Of a DNA stretch of 64,000 bases, positions 49,456 to 63,024 are shown in pieces. A program made the position numbers and the translations under genes. Source of the stretch: Mobula hypostoma (taxonomy: Eukaryota). The stretch is from assembly GCF_963921235.1 (NCBI RefSeq), contig NC_086108.1, forward strand, positions 56,980,001 through 57,044,000. The letters run 5' to 3'. Each line of letters starts with the position of its first letter. Position 1 is the stretch's first letter. The notes beneath the pieces are model-generated. The model made no database searches and was not told where the DNA came from. It saw nothing but the letters and a program-made list of their open reading frames with translations.

Positions 49456-50558
49456 AAATTCAGTTCCCTGCCTTGAGGTATACACACTCATTTTATACCT
49501 TGCCAATTTTCCATCATTTTAATTTTAAAACTGTATTTCATAAAGAAAGGAACTGCTCAGAGCTTCTTTTTGTACCTTTTCCCAGAAACTGCTTTTACTG
49601 TTCACTTGGAATGATAAATGTACAGCACAGAAAGTAATTATTCAGATATGCACTTGTTCTTTCAATGAGTCATCTGTTGACACCTACTTCTAGATACTTC
49701 CTCATTCCCTTGCAATTTTTACCTTTAAAGTGTTCTCCAACTTCCCTTTTGAATTTTGTATTTATCAACATTTTTGGTTGTTGTCATATGAAATGCATGC
49801 CATCTGGTTATAGACCTTTTCACCTCTTGAAATATCTTCTCAATGCAGTCTACCTATTTCCCAAATTCTCCAATTCATTCATATAACTATAATCCTGCTC
49901 ATCTCCAAATATTCTAGTACCTGTCTATATCCACTATAAATAATGCACGTTATTCCTGAATTTTAATGCATAGAATAGGAAAAATCAGTTAAGCTGAGAT
50001 CAAAATAACATTGGGCTAGCGTAATTTTATATCCATCACATCTAAGCTGCTACTTCTACAAAGTAGCAGTCCATGTGCTTTATTAATTGCCATCATTACC
50101 CATCTTGTCACCTTCGAAAATTTGTGCATAAGTACCCCAAGTCTCTCTCTTCACATCCACCTTAAGATGGTTTAATTTAAATCTAGTACTTCCCCATACT
50201 TCATTCGGTATTTGTGTCACTGGGACAATTATGATCCCCACCTGACAGATTACTTTAGTTATTCTCTCCATCTACCCTCTTAACTTAAAATTCATTTGTT
50301 TTCTCACTTTTTCCATTTTGATAAAAGGTCATTAGCCCAAAACATAACTCCTCGCACAGATGCTTTCTGATCAATTGAAGATTGGCAGCAATTTCTGTTT
50401 TTATTATAGTAGTGCATCTCTTGAAGATCCATCTTTAGGTTTTTACATGAAAAGCCCACAACTTTAATTTTTCACTTTAAGCAATCGAGTAGGACACATA
50501 GATGCTCAAGTACTCTTAATAGTGCTGAATAAAAATAGAAGTTATAAAATGCAATGAG

Positions 50559-50564
50559 TTTATT
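50559..50564 (-). terminator. Candidate GNG12 polyadenylation signal
   Basis: TTTATT on + (AATAAA on -) with U-rich sequence downstream on -, at the edge of the TE-poor block. Confidence 0.45.
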
Positions 50565-53500
50565 AATAAATGGAGTAATTGCATCCACGATACTGAACAC
50601 ATTCACATCACAGAGTATAATACATTACCTTTCTCACAATTATATTTGAACAGGGGAAATAAAAGGCAATACTTCTACAATTATTTGTAAGTCAACTGTA
50701 GTGTTGGAAAATAGCATTAATAGAAAAATTAAAAATTGTATTGAAATTTTTCCCTTCAAAATGAGTATGCTTAAAGAGGAAGTTAATTTTGAAACAAAGA
50801 TTAAACCAAGTATACAGAAACTAGGTTTAATGCAGAATGGCAACTACAGAATAAATGAAAATACAACATAATTTGGGCTTCTTAGTTCACATCATAGCAA
50901 ATTAAGAGTTTAGGAAACACAGTATGCCTTGTTTTACTGTACTGAGTTTCAATCAAAGATGGAAATGGATAATAATTCGGAGGCATAAAATAAACATCAG
51001 AAATGTGCAGCATTGGGTGTTATGGCAAGAGACTCAAAGTGGCAAGCAGCCCTCATGCATGACTTCAATCAGACCCAAATAATAGATTCATGCGTTCTAT
51101 CGAGTTCTCTGAAATACTGTGGGCCAGCAAGGGAAGGACTGGGAAATTGTGTATTCAATTGTACTGGAATCCAGGATTCAAATTAAACATTCTCAATTTT
51201 GAAATGACTTTGCTAGTGCTGACTGAACTAGACTGCAATCACTCCAAAACAAACAATCAGCCTGAGCTAGATTCACATTCCGATTTCAGTGAATAAACTC
51301 AACTTGCTGCATCCCCAAGTTTTCTTCTGCTTATTTTTCATTTTCTTGCAATTTCTTTTAAAAACATAAGGCATCTAATATAAAATCAAATCAATGTAAA
51401 TTTGACAATAAGGGCAAACGTGCTATTTTGGCCATTAAGCTTTTCATTCAACTTGAACACAAATGAGGTTTTAAAATGGTTAAAATAGTCTTGTATACAA
51501 TCCAAATTTGTGTCTTTTCCTGCACACCAAGACATATAAAGTTCAATTTATCATTGCTGTGCAATTTTCCCCCTTTAATATCTTTTCACTCAATGCAAAA
51601 GGTTAATAATCTATTCAACAGAAGACCCAGAGATATATGCTGCACACCTGATCCTCTTATTCACGTGTGTCAATGCGAAAATCATTACATAGCAGTATCT
51701 TATGCAAAAGCAATGTATGTTAGCAGAAAAAGTAACAGACTTTGAAAGCACTATACTCTGCATTATGGACAATGAATCACAAATAAGTCTACTCCACTTA
51801 TACTCAATGTGAAGATGGCAGATTTGAAGGTAGACAAACAAAAATAAGTGCAGATCGCAAGTCCCCAGGAAACGTTTGCTAATGCAATGAATAATTACTT
51901 CCCAATCCAAATGCAAGACAAACACTGAAGAAAAACAGTTGAAGAGCATCTTAGTGATTTGAACCACTTCATAAAATGCAAAGGATTAGGAAAGGTTTTG
52001 GTAATAGTGTACTGATGCCACATGTTCTGGAGTTTATGGGAGATGGATAAGGACCAACAGCAAGTCTCTGACAATGCTTGTTTAAATACCTGATAGTTCA
52101 GCATCTCTCACCTGGTTCTGTTACCCATACTTCTGTTAAACCTACCAGGTCCCCATTTCCATGATCCTTTTAAATTCACATGGTTCACTGGAAAAATTAT
52201 TATACTACCGTGTGATATTTAAAGCTGCATTGAAATATCCATTAGTGTGTAAAGTCTAGTGCAGCAATGAAGTCCTGGAGAATGCCAGATTACTGGAGTT
52301 TTACATGTAAAATAACAGGACTCTTCCAGAAAGTCATAAAGGATGAGCGCTTTGATTATTCTATGTGTAGATAGAGTCATAATGAAAAGTCACAATGACT
52401 TCAAAAGGAAATGGATAACTTGTAGGTAAAAGGTAGTATTTGAAGTGAAAGACCCTCCAACAAGTAAAGTTAAAGTATAAAAAGAAATATTTATACCTAA
52501 GTGATCTAAAATAAATTTAAATTAAGTGCTGAATGGAGTCAAAGAAAGCACTTTGTGGTTTTAATTAGCCAATGGAGGCTAACGTGGACAAAATTCTATG
52601 GATTCATTTGATCAGTTTTCCATTGTAGGAGATGGAAGTCTATGGAAAGTATAATTAAAATTGAATTTTGTTGTTTAATTTTAAAAATAGTGCAGGCTGT
52701 ATAAAGGCGCTTAAGGAAATAGCAAAAATTATTGGTATTGTCATAATAAATATTTGACATTTTGCTATGCTTGGCTTCCAGTTCAGAGCACCATTAGTGT
52801 TTCAGGTTGTCTCCTGAGATTCAGATTTGGAATGAAAAGTAAAATTGTCATATCATGGCAACAGAGTGCTAAAGAACAATCACCAAAGATTCCCATGGGA
52901 AAGTTCCAACTGGAAAATTTGGTAATTCAGGTAGAAAATACTTGATTATTGGGAGCTCTGTCATGTCCCAAGCTAAATATAGACACTCAACAGAAATTAC
53001 TTGGAGACCCAAGTCTTAAATACCATAATAAACTGTAATCAGTAGAGGAAAAATATATATCCAAAGCTGATGCTTAGGATTATATGCCCTCCTTGATTTA
53101 TGAATGCTCGATTTATGCACAGTGGGCATGATGAATAGTTCTCAGATTATGTCGTTTTGTTATAGTCTGGAGTGGACTTGCATACAAAAAAGACCATTTA
53201 CGTCTCACATGCAAGTGTAAATGATTTTAATAAATATATGTAAGCTTGCATCTGAATCATAGAAAACAAATCCCTAAAGCAATGCCATGATTAATAGATC
53301 TGCAAATATGTTTGTGATATTTTAATTAGGCAGTTTGGTTATTTTCGAACATGCATAAATGAATTGAAATCCTGGCCATTCCTTTGTAGGAGTTAAAAAT
53401 TCAAATGGTTACATTACAATTTGATTTCAGTTGTAATTACTGTAGGTCATAGATGGAACATTTAATGAGGCTTATTTGGTAATGTTGTTAGAATTTACTG

Positions 53501-54379
53501 CCCTAAAAGATGGTGGTTGTCTTACAAAAACCAGGTTAAAGTAATACAGAAGTCTCTGCAGTTACTGCAAATTGAATTTAAATATTGGGGGATTAGCTGC
53601 TGAAATGTGAAACAACTAAAGCCCAGGAACACTTTGTTATAACAACAACATTTTACATTAAGCACAAGTACTGTATGTTATGGATAGGACAGTTGCCCCA
53701 GTAAGATTAATTTACTTCACTTCTACCAATCATATTGAGATATAATATCACACATTAATACAATAACTTTCAAATAGTAAAGATGGCCTTTGAGCTTTGT
53801 ATTACAATATTCATTTTGGCAAATTATTTTAAGCGGCATTTTGCTTTGATGTTGAATTAAAGCAATGTTGTATTTAATACTGCATATTCAGAATTCTGTG
53901 AACATCAGAAATTAAAGTCATGCTGCCAAATTTCCAAATTCAGATACAAAAGGTGCAAAATGAGCACAAAAGAGAATGCAGCTAATGAGCAACAAATATC
54001 CTAGTTTGTCAAATATAGGTGTAAAAGCAAGGTTTGAGAATATTTCCCCTTCATAAATTAGTCCAGTTTCCTCAAAAGCTTAGTCTTATCCATGCTAAAC
54101 TGGACATTTCTGAACAACACATTATTGAACATTCTTGCAATGTTCAATTACTAAATTATTTATTTCTGTTCTGGCCTTTAACAAAAAAGTTCCCAACATT
54201 ATACACCTACATTTGAGTCATTGAACACTGATGATCAACATCGATCTGGTATTGTGCTTGGAATGGACCAATCCACACTTCAGTTATTAGATTAAAATGA
54301 CATTTAAATTCCAGAACTCTTAATAAGAGGTTGTGCTTATGGATCTCAACAATTTCTCAATGAAAAATACGGTGATACT

Positions 54380-54560
54380 AAACTGATGGGAAAAATTGAG
54401 AAATTGTAAAAGCATGGGCTTTAAGGCAGCTTAGATGGTAGAAGGCTTTAAGTAAGGAGTTCGAACAAGTCAAGCTGAGCCAAGTGAAGGTTCTGCCACC
54501 TATGGCAAGGTGAAAGGAAAGACAGGCAGAGGCATGCAAATTAAAAGCGGTGGCATGATA
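54380..54560 (-). mobile_element. Ancient L2-type fragment inside the GNG12 3'UTR
   Basis: AIGGRTFTWLSLTCSNSLLK resembles the L2 C-terminal IGGRAFS..P.LWNSLP motif. Confidence 0.45.
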
Positions 54561-54969
54561 TGGCACTTCAGACAGAAATCAGGATAGTAATGAATTGGAA
54601 AGATCCACTTCAAAATTAATTACAATGTTGGTCTTAATTAAGTATACTCAAATACATCTACAAGTTTAAAAACTGCATACATTTACATTAATGTTGGAAA
54701 AAGTAAATATAAAGGCATGTTATTTGTTACATTCAATCTTCATTACTCTTTTGTGGCACAAATGCTTATTATTTTTTAACATGTCCTTTTGGTTTAAATG
54801 CACAATATATACCCTAATCTATTTTCTGGAATGGACAAGGGAAAAAGTGAAAATTTAATGTGGAAAATATTTTTATGTGGAAACTAGAGGGCATTAAGAT
54901 AGTATCATCATTATCTGTTCTATTATTGGTCAGTTTTTTTTAAAAAAAGGTAGAAAGCACAAATCAGGA

Positions 54970-55095
54970 CTACAATATAATACAAGGCTTCTTGTCTTTG
55001 AAGGGATTTTCTGAAGTTGGGATGCCATTAAGCAGAGGGTCATTCTTGGCATGTTCTTCACAGTAGCGCACAAGATCTGCTGAAGCCTTTGATAC
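54970..55095 (-). CDS. GNG12: GNG12 last coding exon ([41 protein letters not shown])
   Basis: ttttctttgttacag acceptor; phase-0 join to the previous exon; DPLL and SENPF motifs; CAAX CIIL (geranylgeranyl type); TAG at 54970-54972. Not present in the ORF track in this frame. Confidence 0.95.
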   Translation of the reverse strand, partial: VSKASADLVRYCEEHAKNDPLLNGIPTSENPFKDKKPCIIL

Positions 55096-55789
55096 CTGTA
55101 ACAAAGAAAAGCTGAGGAGTACATGCGAGGACTTTCACAAATCAGTCCGATAAAATTATTGCTGGTTGGCTCAAAATACTTTTCATTCAAAAATAATATT
55201 TTAAGTTCATTGAGAACAGCTAATGCTTTATGAACAAGTGATGCTGGAAATGAATATCAAGTTGGTCTCCATCTGAAATTTATTTGGGTGAAATACTTAG
55301 TCCTCAAATGTTCATATGCAAAATGTTTCTTTAAATTTGATCCTTTGGTAACTTATTCCACGCCAGTTGCAATATGTACTATTGTGACCAAGAATATGGT
55401 ATATGAACTACATGGCATCGACTTTCAATTCGCAATGTTCTTATTTTCATTAAAAATGAATAATTTCAAAAGAGTATGTAGTATGCATCCATCATCTTAA
55501 CTTGATAAATGGAAATTTAATTAAAAAATAGACAATAAAAATAACATGGCTCTGAAAACAATTTTTCAATTTCCAGTAGAGCCTGCAATAAAGGAACTTC
55601 CCAAAAATGGAGATTTCTGAAATAGAGCTGTAAATTTCTATGTTCTATTTGGTTGATAGGAAAGCTGATGAGAAATTAAAAGAAACCTTTTGTTCAAAAT
55701 TAATAGTTCATTAAACTTTGTTTTAATCTTAATGTAGAAACATATTTGAAACAGAAGGGGGACCAATATCCTAGTGGGGAAATTTGCTT

Positions 55790-58700
55790 TTGCTGTCTGG
55801 GAGGATGCAAATTAGATCGGCAGAGGTAGTGCAACTCAAGGGAGTGAATTCAGTGAAAAAAAACCGAGAAACATTTTGCAACCAATGAATGCAAGCCAAG
55901 CAATCAGAACAGCCATGCTTACAGGAGGAGGACAGATAGGACCACTGCATAAATAGCATCTACTTCAATGCACATTCTCAGGCAGTAGAATGCTCCTCTC
56001 GGGAGATATGTAATTTCAGGGTATTTAATGGTCTCCCTGATGATTACATCTGCAGGAAATGCACCCAACTTCAGTTCTTGACTAACAAGGGCAAGGAACT
56101 GGAGCTGGAGCTGCATGTACTCACGACCATCTGGGGGCTGAAAACCTCATAGATGAGGTGGTCACACCCAGAGTGCAGGCTTCAGGTAACAGATGGGTGG
56201 CCACCAGAAGTAAGGGGAATAAGCATTCAGTGCAAGGTTCTGTGGCCATTCCCCTCAACATGTGTAACCCCCTTTGGATACTGCTGAGGGGCAGAATAAC
56301 CTACTGGGGCACAGCAGCTGCAGCCAGGCCAGTGGCACTGTAGCCAGTTCAGAGGTTCAGGCAGAGCAAAAGTGATAGGAGACTTGATAGTTAAGGGGAC
56401 AGAAAGGAGATTCTGTGGCTGTGAAAGAGAACCTAAGAGGGTGCATTGCCTTCCAGGTGCAAGGGTGCAGGATGTCTCAGAGCAGCTGTTGAATGTTCTT
56501 AAGGGGGAGGGTCATGGTGCACATTGGCATCATTGACATATCTAGGTAGAACAGGGGAAAGAGGTCCTACACAGTGAGTATAGGGAGTTAGGGAAGAGGC
56601 TAAAGAGCAGGACCTTCAGGGTAGTAGTCTCTGGATTACTACCTGTACTACATGCTAGTCAGGACAGGAATAGTATGATAGTACAAATGAGTGGCTGAGA
56701 AAGTGGTGCAGGGTTTCAGATTTCTGGATCATTGGGATTTCTGCTGGAGAAGGTGCAGAAAGGATGGGTTATACCTGAACCCGAAGGGGGACTAATATCC
56801 TTGAGGCAGGTTTGCTAGTGCTGTTGGGGAGGGTTTGAACTGATTTCACAGGGGGGTGGGAACCAGAGTGATAAGAGTGCGGATGAAGCAGTTGGTAAAC
56901 AAGTTCAATAAGACCGAGAGGAAAGACAGGCAGATTGATAGGGCAAAATTGCAGTCAGTGGGATGAGTTGAACTGTAACATGGGGGCAAAGCCAAAAAGG
57001 GTAATAAATATGGGACTGAAGGCGTTATATTTGAATACACACAATATACGGTTTACGGTAGATGAGCTTGTGGCACAGTTAAAGATGGGCAGGAACGACA
57101 CTGTGGGCATCACTGTGTCGTGGCTAAAAAAAGATCATAATTGGGAGCTTAGCATCCAAGGATACACATTGTATCAAAAGGACAGGAAGGCAGAGAGGGT
57201 GGGTGGTTCTGTTTGTTATAAAAAAAAAATCAAATCCTTAGAAAGAGGTGACACAGGATTGGAAGATATAGAATCCTTATGGGTAGAGTTAAGAAACTGC
57301 AAAGGTAAAAAGATCCTGATGACAATTATACACAGGCCCCGAAACCGGAGCCAGGATGTGGGATTTCAATATGCAGGTAGATTGGGAGAATCAGGATGAT
57401 GCTGGATCCCAAGGGACAGAATTTGCAGGATGCCTACAAGATGGCTTTTTGGAGCAGCTTGTGGTTGAGCCCACTATTCTGGATTGGCTGTTGTGTAATG
57501 AACTAGATTTGAATAGGCAGTTTAGGTAAAGGAACCCTTAAGGTGCAGTGATTATAATAGAATTCATCCCGCAGCTTGAGAGGAGAAGCTAAAATCAGAT
57601 GTATCAGTATTACAGTGGAGTAAAGGGAATTACAGAGGCATGAGAAAGGAGCTGGCCAAAGTTGAACGCAAGGGGACACGAGCAGGAATGACAGTAGAAC
57701 AGCAGTGAATGGTATTTCTAGGAGCAATTCGGAAAGTGCAGAATAGAAACATCCCCAAAATGAAGTAGTATTCTAGAGGAAGGATGAGGCAACTGTTGCT
57801 GGCCAAGCTGGTCAAAGACAGCACAAAAGCAAAAGGGGGGGCATAATATAGAAAAAAAATAATGGAAAGTTAAGAGGATTGACAAGCTTTTAAAACCCAA
57901 CAGAAGCAATTGAAAAATAAAGTCATGAGGAGAAAAATGAAATAAGAAGATAAGCTAGCCAATAATATAAAAGAGGATACCCAAAGCATTTTTCAGATAT
58001 ATCAAGAGTAGAAGAGGTGAGAGTGGATATTGGACCACTGAAAAATGACACTGGAGAGGTAGTAATGGGGGACGAAGAAATGGTGAATGAAATGGCATAT
58101 TTGGTCTCAGTCTTCACCGTGAAAGACACTGGCACTTTGCCAAAAATTTAGTGTGTCGGGGGCAGAAGTGAATATCATTGCTATTACTGAGGTGTTTGTG
58201 TAGCTGAAAGGTTTGAAGGTAGAAAATTCAACTGGACCAGATAGACTACAACCAAGGGTTCTGAAAGAGGCAGCAGAATAGATTATGGAGGCATTAGCAA
58301 TGATCTTTCAAGAATCACTAGATTCTGGAATGGTTCTGGAGGACTGCAAAATTTGCAAATGTCACTCCACTCTTCAAGAAAGGAGACAGAAGAAAGGAAA
58401 TTATAGCCCAGTTAGCCTTACTTCAGTGCTTAGAAAGACAACTGGAGTCCATTATGAGGCTTCAGGGTACTTGGAGGCACATGTTAGAGTAGACCGCAGT
58501 CATCATGACTTTAAGGGGAAATCCTGCTTGACAAATCTGTTAGAATTCTTTGAGGAAATAACTGGCAGAATAGACAAAGGAGAGTCGGTGGATGTTGTTT
58601 ACTTGGATTTTCAGAAGGCCTTTGACAAGTTGACACACACCAGGCTGTTTAACAAGATAAGAGCCCATGGTATTATAGAAAGACTAGCATGGATAGAAGA

Positions 58701-60460
58701 TTGGCTGCCAGTGACTACTGGTGTTTTCCACAGGGGTTGAAGTTGGGTCTGCTTCTTTTCATTTTATACGTCAATGATGTGGATGATGGAATTTATGGCT
58801 ATGTGGCTAAGTTCGCGGATGATATGAAGATAGCTGTAGGGGCAGTTAGTGTTGAGGAAAGCAGGGAGTCAGCAGAAGGACTTGGCCAGATTAGGAGAAT
58901 GGGTTATAAAAAATGACAGATGGAATATAGTATAGGGAAGTGAATGGTCATGCACTTTAGTAGGAGGAATAAAGATGTGGACTATTTTCTAAACAGGGAG
59001 AAAATTCTGAAATCAGATGTACACTGTGTACATACATCTACTGATGCCTCTGGACACATCTTCAGTGATGTTCCTGGAATCATCGGGTGTTTCGGGTCTT
59101 TCAACATCATACACCCTCCTCCAGGTGACCCAGCCGGGGCTGATCAGACCCCAGCTTGTGTCCAGATGACTAGCTACTTATGACTCCATGGCTCCCCTCT
59201 TTTGAGCCACGGCCATCTTGAGGCCCTCTCTGCCACATCAGTGGTACTGCAGATGGCTCTCCTCTTTCTCTCTCCCTCGATGCCCAAATTACTGAAGGCT
59301 CTGGCTAAAGAACGGGCTGTGAATCCCCTACAACCAACCTCCACTGGGAGACACCTCGCTCTCCATCCAGCCTGCCGACATTAGCTGACCAGTCCTGCGT
59401 GACTTGGGAATCCTTGTGCAGGATTCCATAAAGATTAACTTACAGGTTTGGTTGGTGGTATGGAAGGCAAATGCAGTGTTAGCATTCATTTCAAGAGGAC
59501 TAGAATACAACAGCAAGGATACTGAAGCTTTTAAGACATTACAAGACATTAGTCAGACCGCATTTGGAGTACTGTGAGCAGTTTTGGCCCGTCAAAGAAA
59601 AGATATGCTAGCATTGGAGAGGGTCCAGAGGAGGCTCATGAGGACGATTCTGGGAATGAAAGGGTCAATGTACAAGGTGAGTTTGATGGCTCTGGGCTTG
59701 TACTCATTGACATTTAGAAGGCCTAATCAGGAATAGTCAGCATGGTTTTGTGTGCAGGAGTTCTTGTCCGATTAGTATTGGAATTTTCTGAAGAGGTAAC
59801 TAAAGGGATAGAAGAAGGCAGGGCTATGGATGTAGTCTGTACTGACTTCAGTCACATGGAAGGCTAATCTGGAAAGTTTAGATCACATGGGATTCACGGG
59901 GAGCCAGTGAAGTGCACTCAGAATTAGCTAGACATAGGAAACAGTGATGGTTAAAGGTCAAATCTTCAACTGGAGGCCTGGTGAGGTGCACTTGGGGTCA
60001 GTGTGGGACTTCTGTTTTCATCATGTATGTAAATGATTTGGAAATTAATGCACATGGCACGATTAACAAGTTTGCCAAGGATAATAAAATAAGGGCTCTT
60101 GTTGATAGTGAAGAAGGTTATTAATTAACTGCAAAAGAGGGAGGTGGACTAAGGAACAGAGATGGATTTAAACTTAAGTTATGCATGAGGTGATGTATTT
60201 GGACAGTTAAACCAAGATAGGGCTTATATAGTAAATAGCAGGGTGCTGTGAGTGTTATGGAACAGAGAGGCCTGGAAATATAAGTGCACAGATCCCTGAA
60301 CGCGGTCACGCAAATAGACAGGGTCATGAAGGTGTTCTGCATTGCAGCCTTCACCAGCCAGTACAGAGAGTTTAGGAAAATTTTGTTGCAGTTATTTAAA
60401 ACCTTGGCGAGGTAAATCTTGGAATATATTGCACAGTTTTAGTCACCGTTATAGGAAAGA
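55790..60460 (+). mobile_element. Nearly full-length decayed CR1 (ORF1 Zn-finger/esterase + ORF2) plus a further CR1 fragment, in the GNG12 intron
   Basis: DDYICRKC and VIGD.IV.GT.RRFCG..CLPGARVQDV remnants; APE start in ORF 56935..57399; RT in ORFs 58285..58740 and 58689..58916 (KFADD). Confidence 0.88.
59021..59400 (-). mobile_element. 3' end of a Hero-type (R2 group, restriction-like endonuclease) non-LTR retrotransposon
   Basis: Manual translation of 59398 to 59174: AGLVS*CRQAGWRARCLPVEVGCRGFTARSLARAFSNLGIEGERKRRAICSTTDVAERASRWPWLKRGEPWSHK*. PVEVGCRGF and AERASRW-W-KR are typical of this clade. Confidence 0.8.
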
Positions 60461-62200
60461 CCATAAGATATAGGAGCAGAATTTGGTCATATGGTCCATC
60501 AAGTCTGTTCCAAAATTCATTCATGGCAGATTTATTATCCCTCTCAACCCAATTCTTCTGCCTTCTTCTTGTAAACTTTGACGCCCTGATTAGTCAAGAA
60601 CTTAATCAACCTCCACCTTAAGTATATTCAATGACTTGGCCTGTGGTAATGAATTCCATAGACTCACCACCTTGTGGCTAAAGAAATATTTACTCATCTG
60701 TTCTAAATGGGCATCCCTCAATTCTGAGGCTGTGCCCTCTGGTCCTAGAATACCCCACTATAGGAACCATCCTCTCTACATCCACTCTATTTAGTCCTTT
60801 CAATATCCATTATGGTTCAATGAGATCCTCCCTCATTCTTCTAAACTCCAGCGAGTACAGGCGAGAGCAATCAAATATTCCTTATATTAATCCTTTAAAT
60901 CCTGTGATCATTCCTGTAAGCCTCTCTGGATCCTCTCCAATGGCAGCAAATCCTCTCTTTTGCTTTTATGCTGTCTTTGACTTCCCTTCTCAGCCCTGGT
61001 TGCCTCATTTAGAAGTATTATTTAGAATTCTTCATCCTTGGGATGCATCTACACTGCGCTTTCTGAATTTCCCCCAGAAACTCCAGCCAGTGCTGTTCTG
61101 CTGTCATCCCAAGTACTGTCCCCTTCAAATCAACTTTGGCCAGCTCCACTCTCAAGCCTCTAATTCTCTTTACTCCACTGTAAAGGGACTTTAGCTTCTT
61201 CTCAAACTGCAGGGTGAACTTTATCATATTATGATCACTGTCTCCTAAGGGTTCCTTTACCTTAAGCTTCCTAATCAAATTTTGGTCATTACATAACACC
61301 CAATCCAGAATTACTGTTCTTCTGATGGGGTCAATGACAAGCTGCTTTAAAAAGCCATCTTGTAGGCATTCTAGAAATTTCCTCTCTTGGGATCCAGCAC
61401 CAATCTGACTTTCCCAATCTATCTGCATATTGAAATCCCCATGACTATCATAACATTGTCCTTTTAACATGCCTTTTCCATCTCCCATTATAATTTGTAG
61501 CCCACATCCTGGCTACTGCTTGGAGGCCTGTATATAAATCCCATCAGGTTCTAACTCTATCTCCAAGAATTCTACAACTTCCGACCCCTACACCACCTCT
61601 TTCTAAGGATTTGATTTCACTTTTTACCAACAGAGCAACCACACCACCTCTGCCTACCTGCCTGTCCTTCTGATACAATGTGTATCCTTGGACGTTAGGC
61701 CTATAATCATCTTTTAGCCATGAATCAGAGAAGCCCACAACTTCATACCCGTCAATCTCTAACTGTGCTACAATATTCCGTATACTGTGTGCATTCAAAT
61801 ATAACAACTTCAGTCCCATATTCATTACTCTTTTTGATTTGACCCAGTTACACTTTAACTAATCCCACTGACCGAAATTTTGCCTGATCAGCTGCTTGTC
61901 CTTCCTTACAGTCTCACTACACACTGCATTGCGTTGCATACCAACTGACACATCCTCAGCCCTATCACTCTGGCTCCCATCCCCGGTCAAACTAGTTTAA
62001 ACCCGCCCACAACTCTAGCATATGTGCCCAGAAAGATTCTGGTCCCCCTTGAGTTCAGGTGTAACCTGCCCTTTATGTACAAGGTTATACCTTCCCCAAA
62101 AGCGATCCCAATGACCCAGGAATCTGAAACCCTGTCCCCTGCATTAATTCTTCAGCCACATATTCATCTGCTAAATCATCCTGTTCTTACCCTCACTGGC
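60460..62200 (-). mobile_element. Internally deleted CR1 (ORF1 end, APE, 3' end) in the GNG12 intron
   Basis: ORFs 61544..61825 (YLNAHSIRN) and 61018..61488 (GDFN, GDSDHN); CR1 3' end at about 60460-60880. Confidence 0.85.
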
Positions 62201-63024
62201 ATGTCAAGTGTCAAGTTGGAGAGGGCATGGAAGAGATTTACGAGGATGCTGCCTCGACTAGAAGGCTTGAGTTATAGGGAGAGGTTAGCCACGCTGGATC
62301 TTATCTGGTAAGATGGCAGTGAGTTTGGACACATTGGCTTCTCGGGGGCCAACCAAAGGCGTTTCTGTCTTTTATTAAACACCTTTTTTTTGTGATCGCA
62401 AGACAATGCTGTACTTTAAGAACTTTGGTACTGCAAGTTTACCCTGTCAGCAAGCTGCTTGCTGGCGGAGGAAATAGTCTTGGTGTTGACCGTTTTGCTA
62501 CCTGATACAGAAAGGCGTTGGAATTGATGCATGAAGGCAGCATGCAGTGTAACGTTGATTGTCTTGGACATTTCACTTGTAATCACAACAACCTGTTGGA
62601 CATTGATAATGTAAGCTGCTGTGGGCCCGTTTCCTTTGTTTGCGTGACAGACAGCGGGGAGCTGTGTGGCTTCAGTTGTAGCAAGGACTAAGCCCCAGGC
62701 CGTGCGCTTTTCTGCTACTGCATTCCAGGAGAGGAAACACTGGAGGCAGTATAGCGCAGAGTCCATGCTCTGTTGGGAGCTGTCATCTCTTGTCGATGCT
62801 ACCCTCCAGTGTTCGGTGGAATGACAAGCTAAATTGCTTAAACTACTGGGAACGGCACCATCAAATGTAAACAAAGGTGTTTGGAGGTCTGCTCAAACAT
62901 CTAACTTGCAGTAATTCATTACCATGTTTCAATTGTTTGAAAATTACTAAACTTAAAACAGATGTATTTTCAGAAATGGCCATAAAAATTTTGATCTGTT
63001 CTGATAAAAGATCAAATTCCTTAC

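Larger units (their letters stand above)
50540..54969 (-). promoter_or_regulatory. Probable long GNG12 3'UTR (~4.4 kb)
   Basis: AT-rich, almost TE-free block directly after the stop codon, ending near a minus-strand AATAAA at 50559-50564. Human GNG12 also has a multi-kb 3'UTR. Confidence 0.55.

Noticed and set aside
54930..55190. 86-aa ORF on the minus strand
   Set aside because: It is an alternative frame overlapping the true last exon of GNG12.
62305..62880. 152-aa ORF (62416..62874) in the GNG12 intron
   Set aside because: No recognisable motif or splice support; probably the antisense of a decayed retroelement 5' region that I could not classify.
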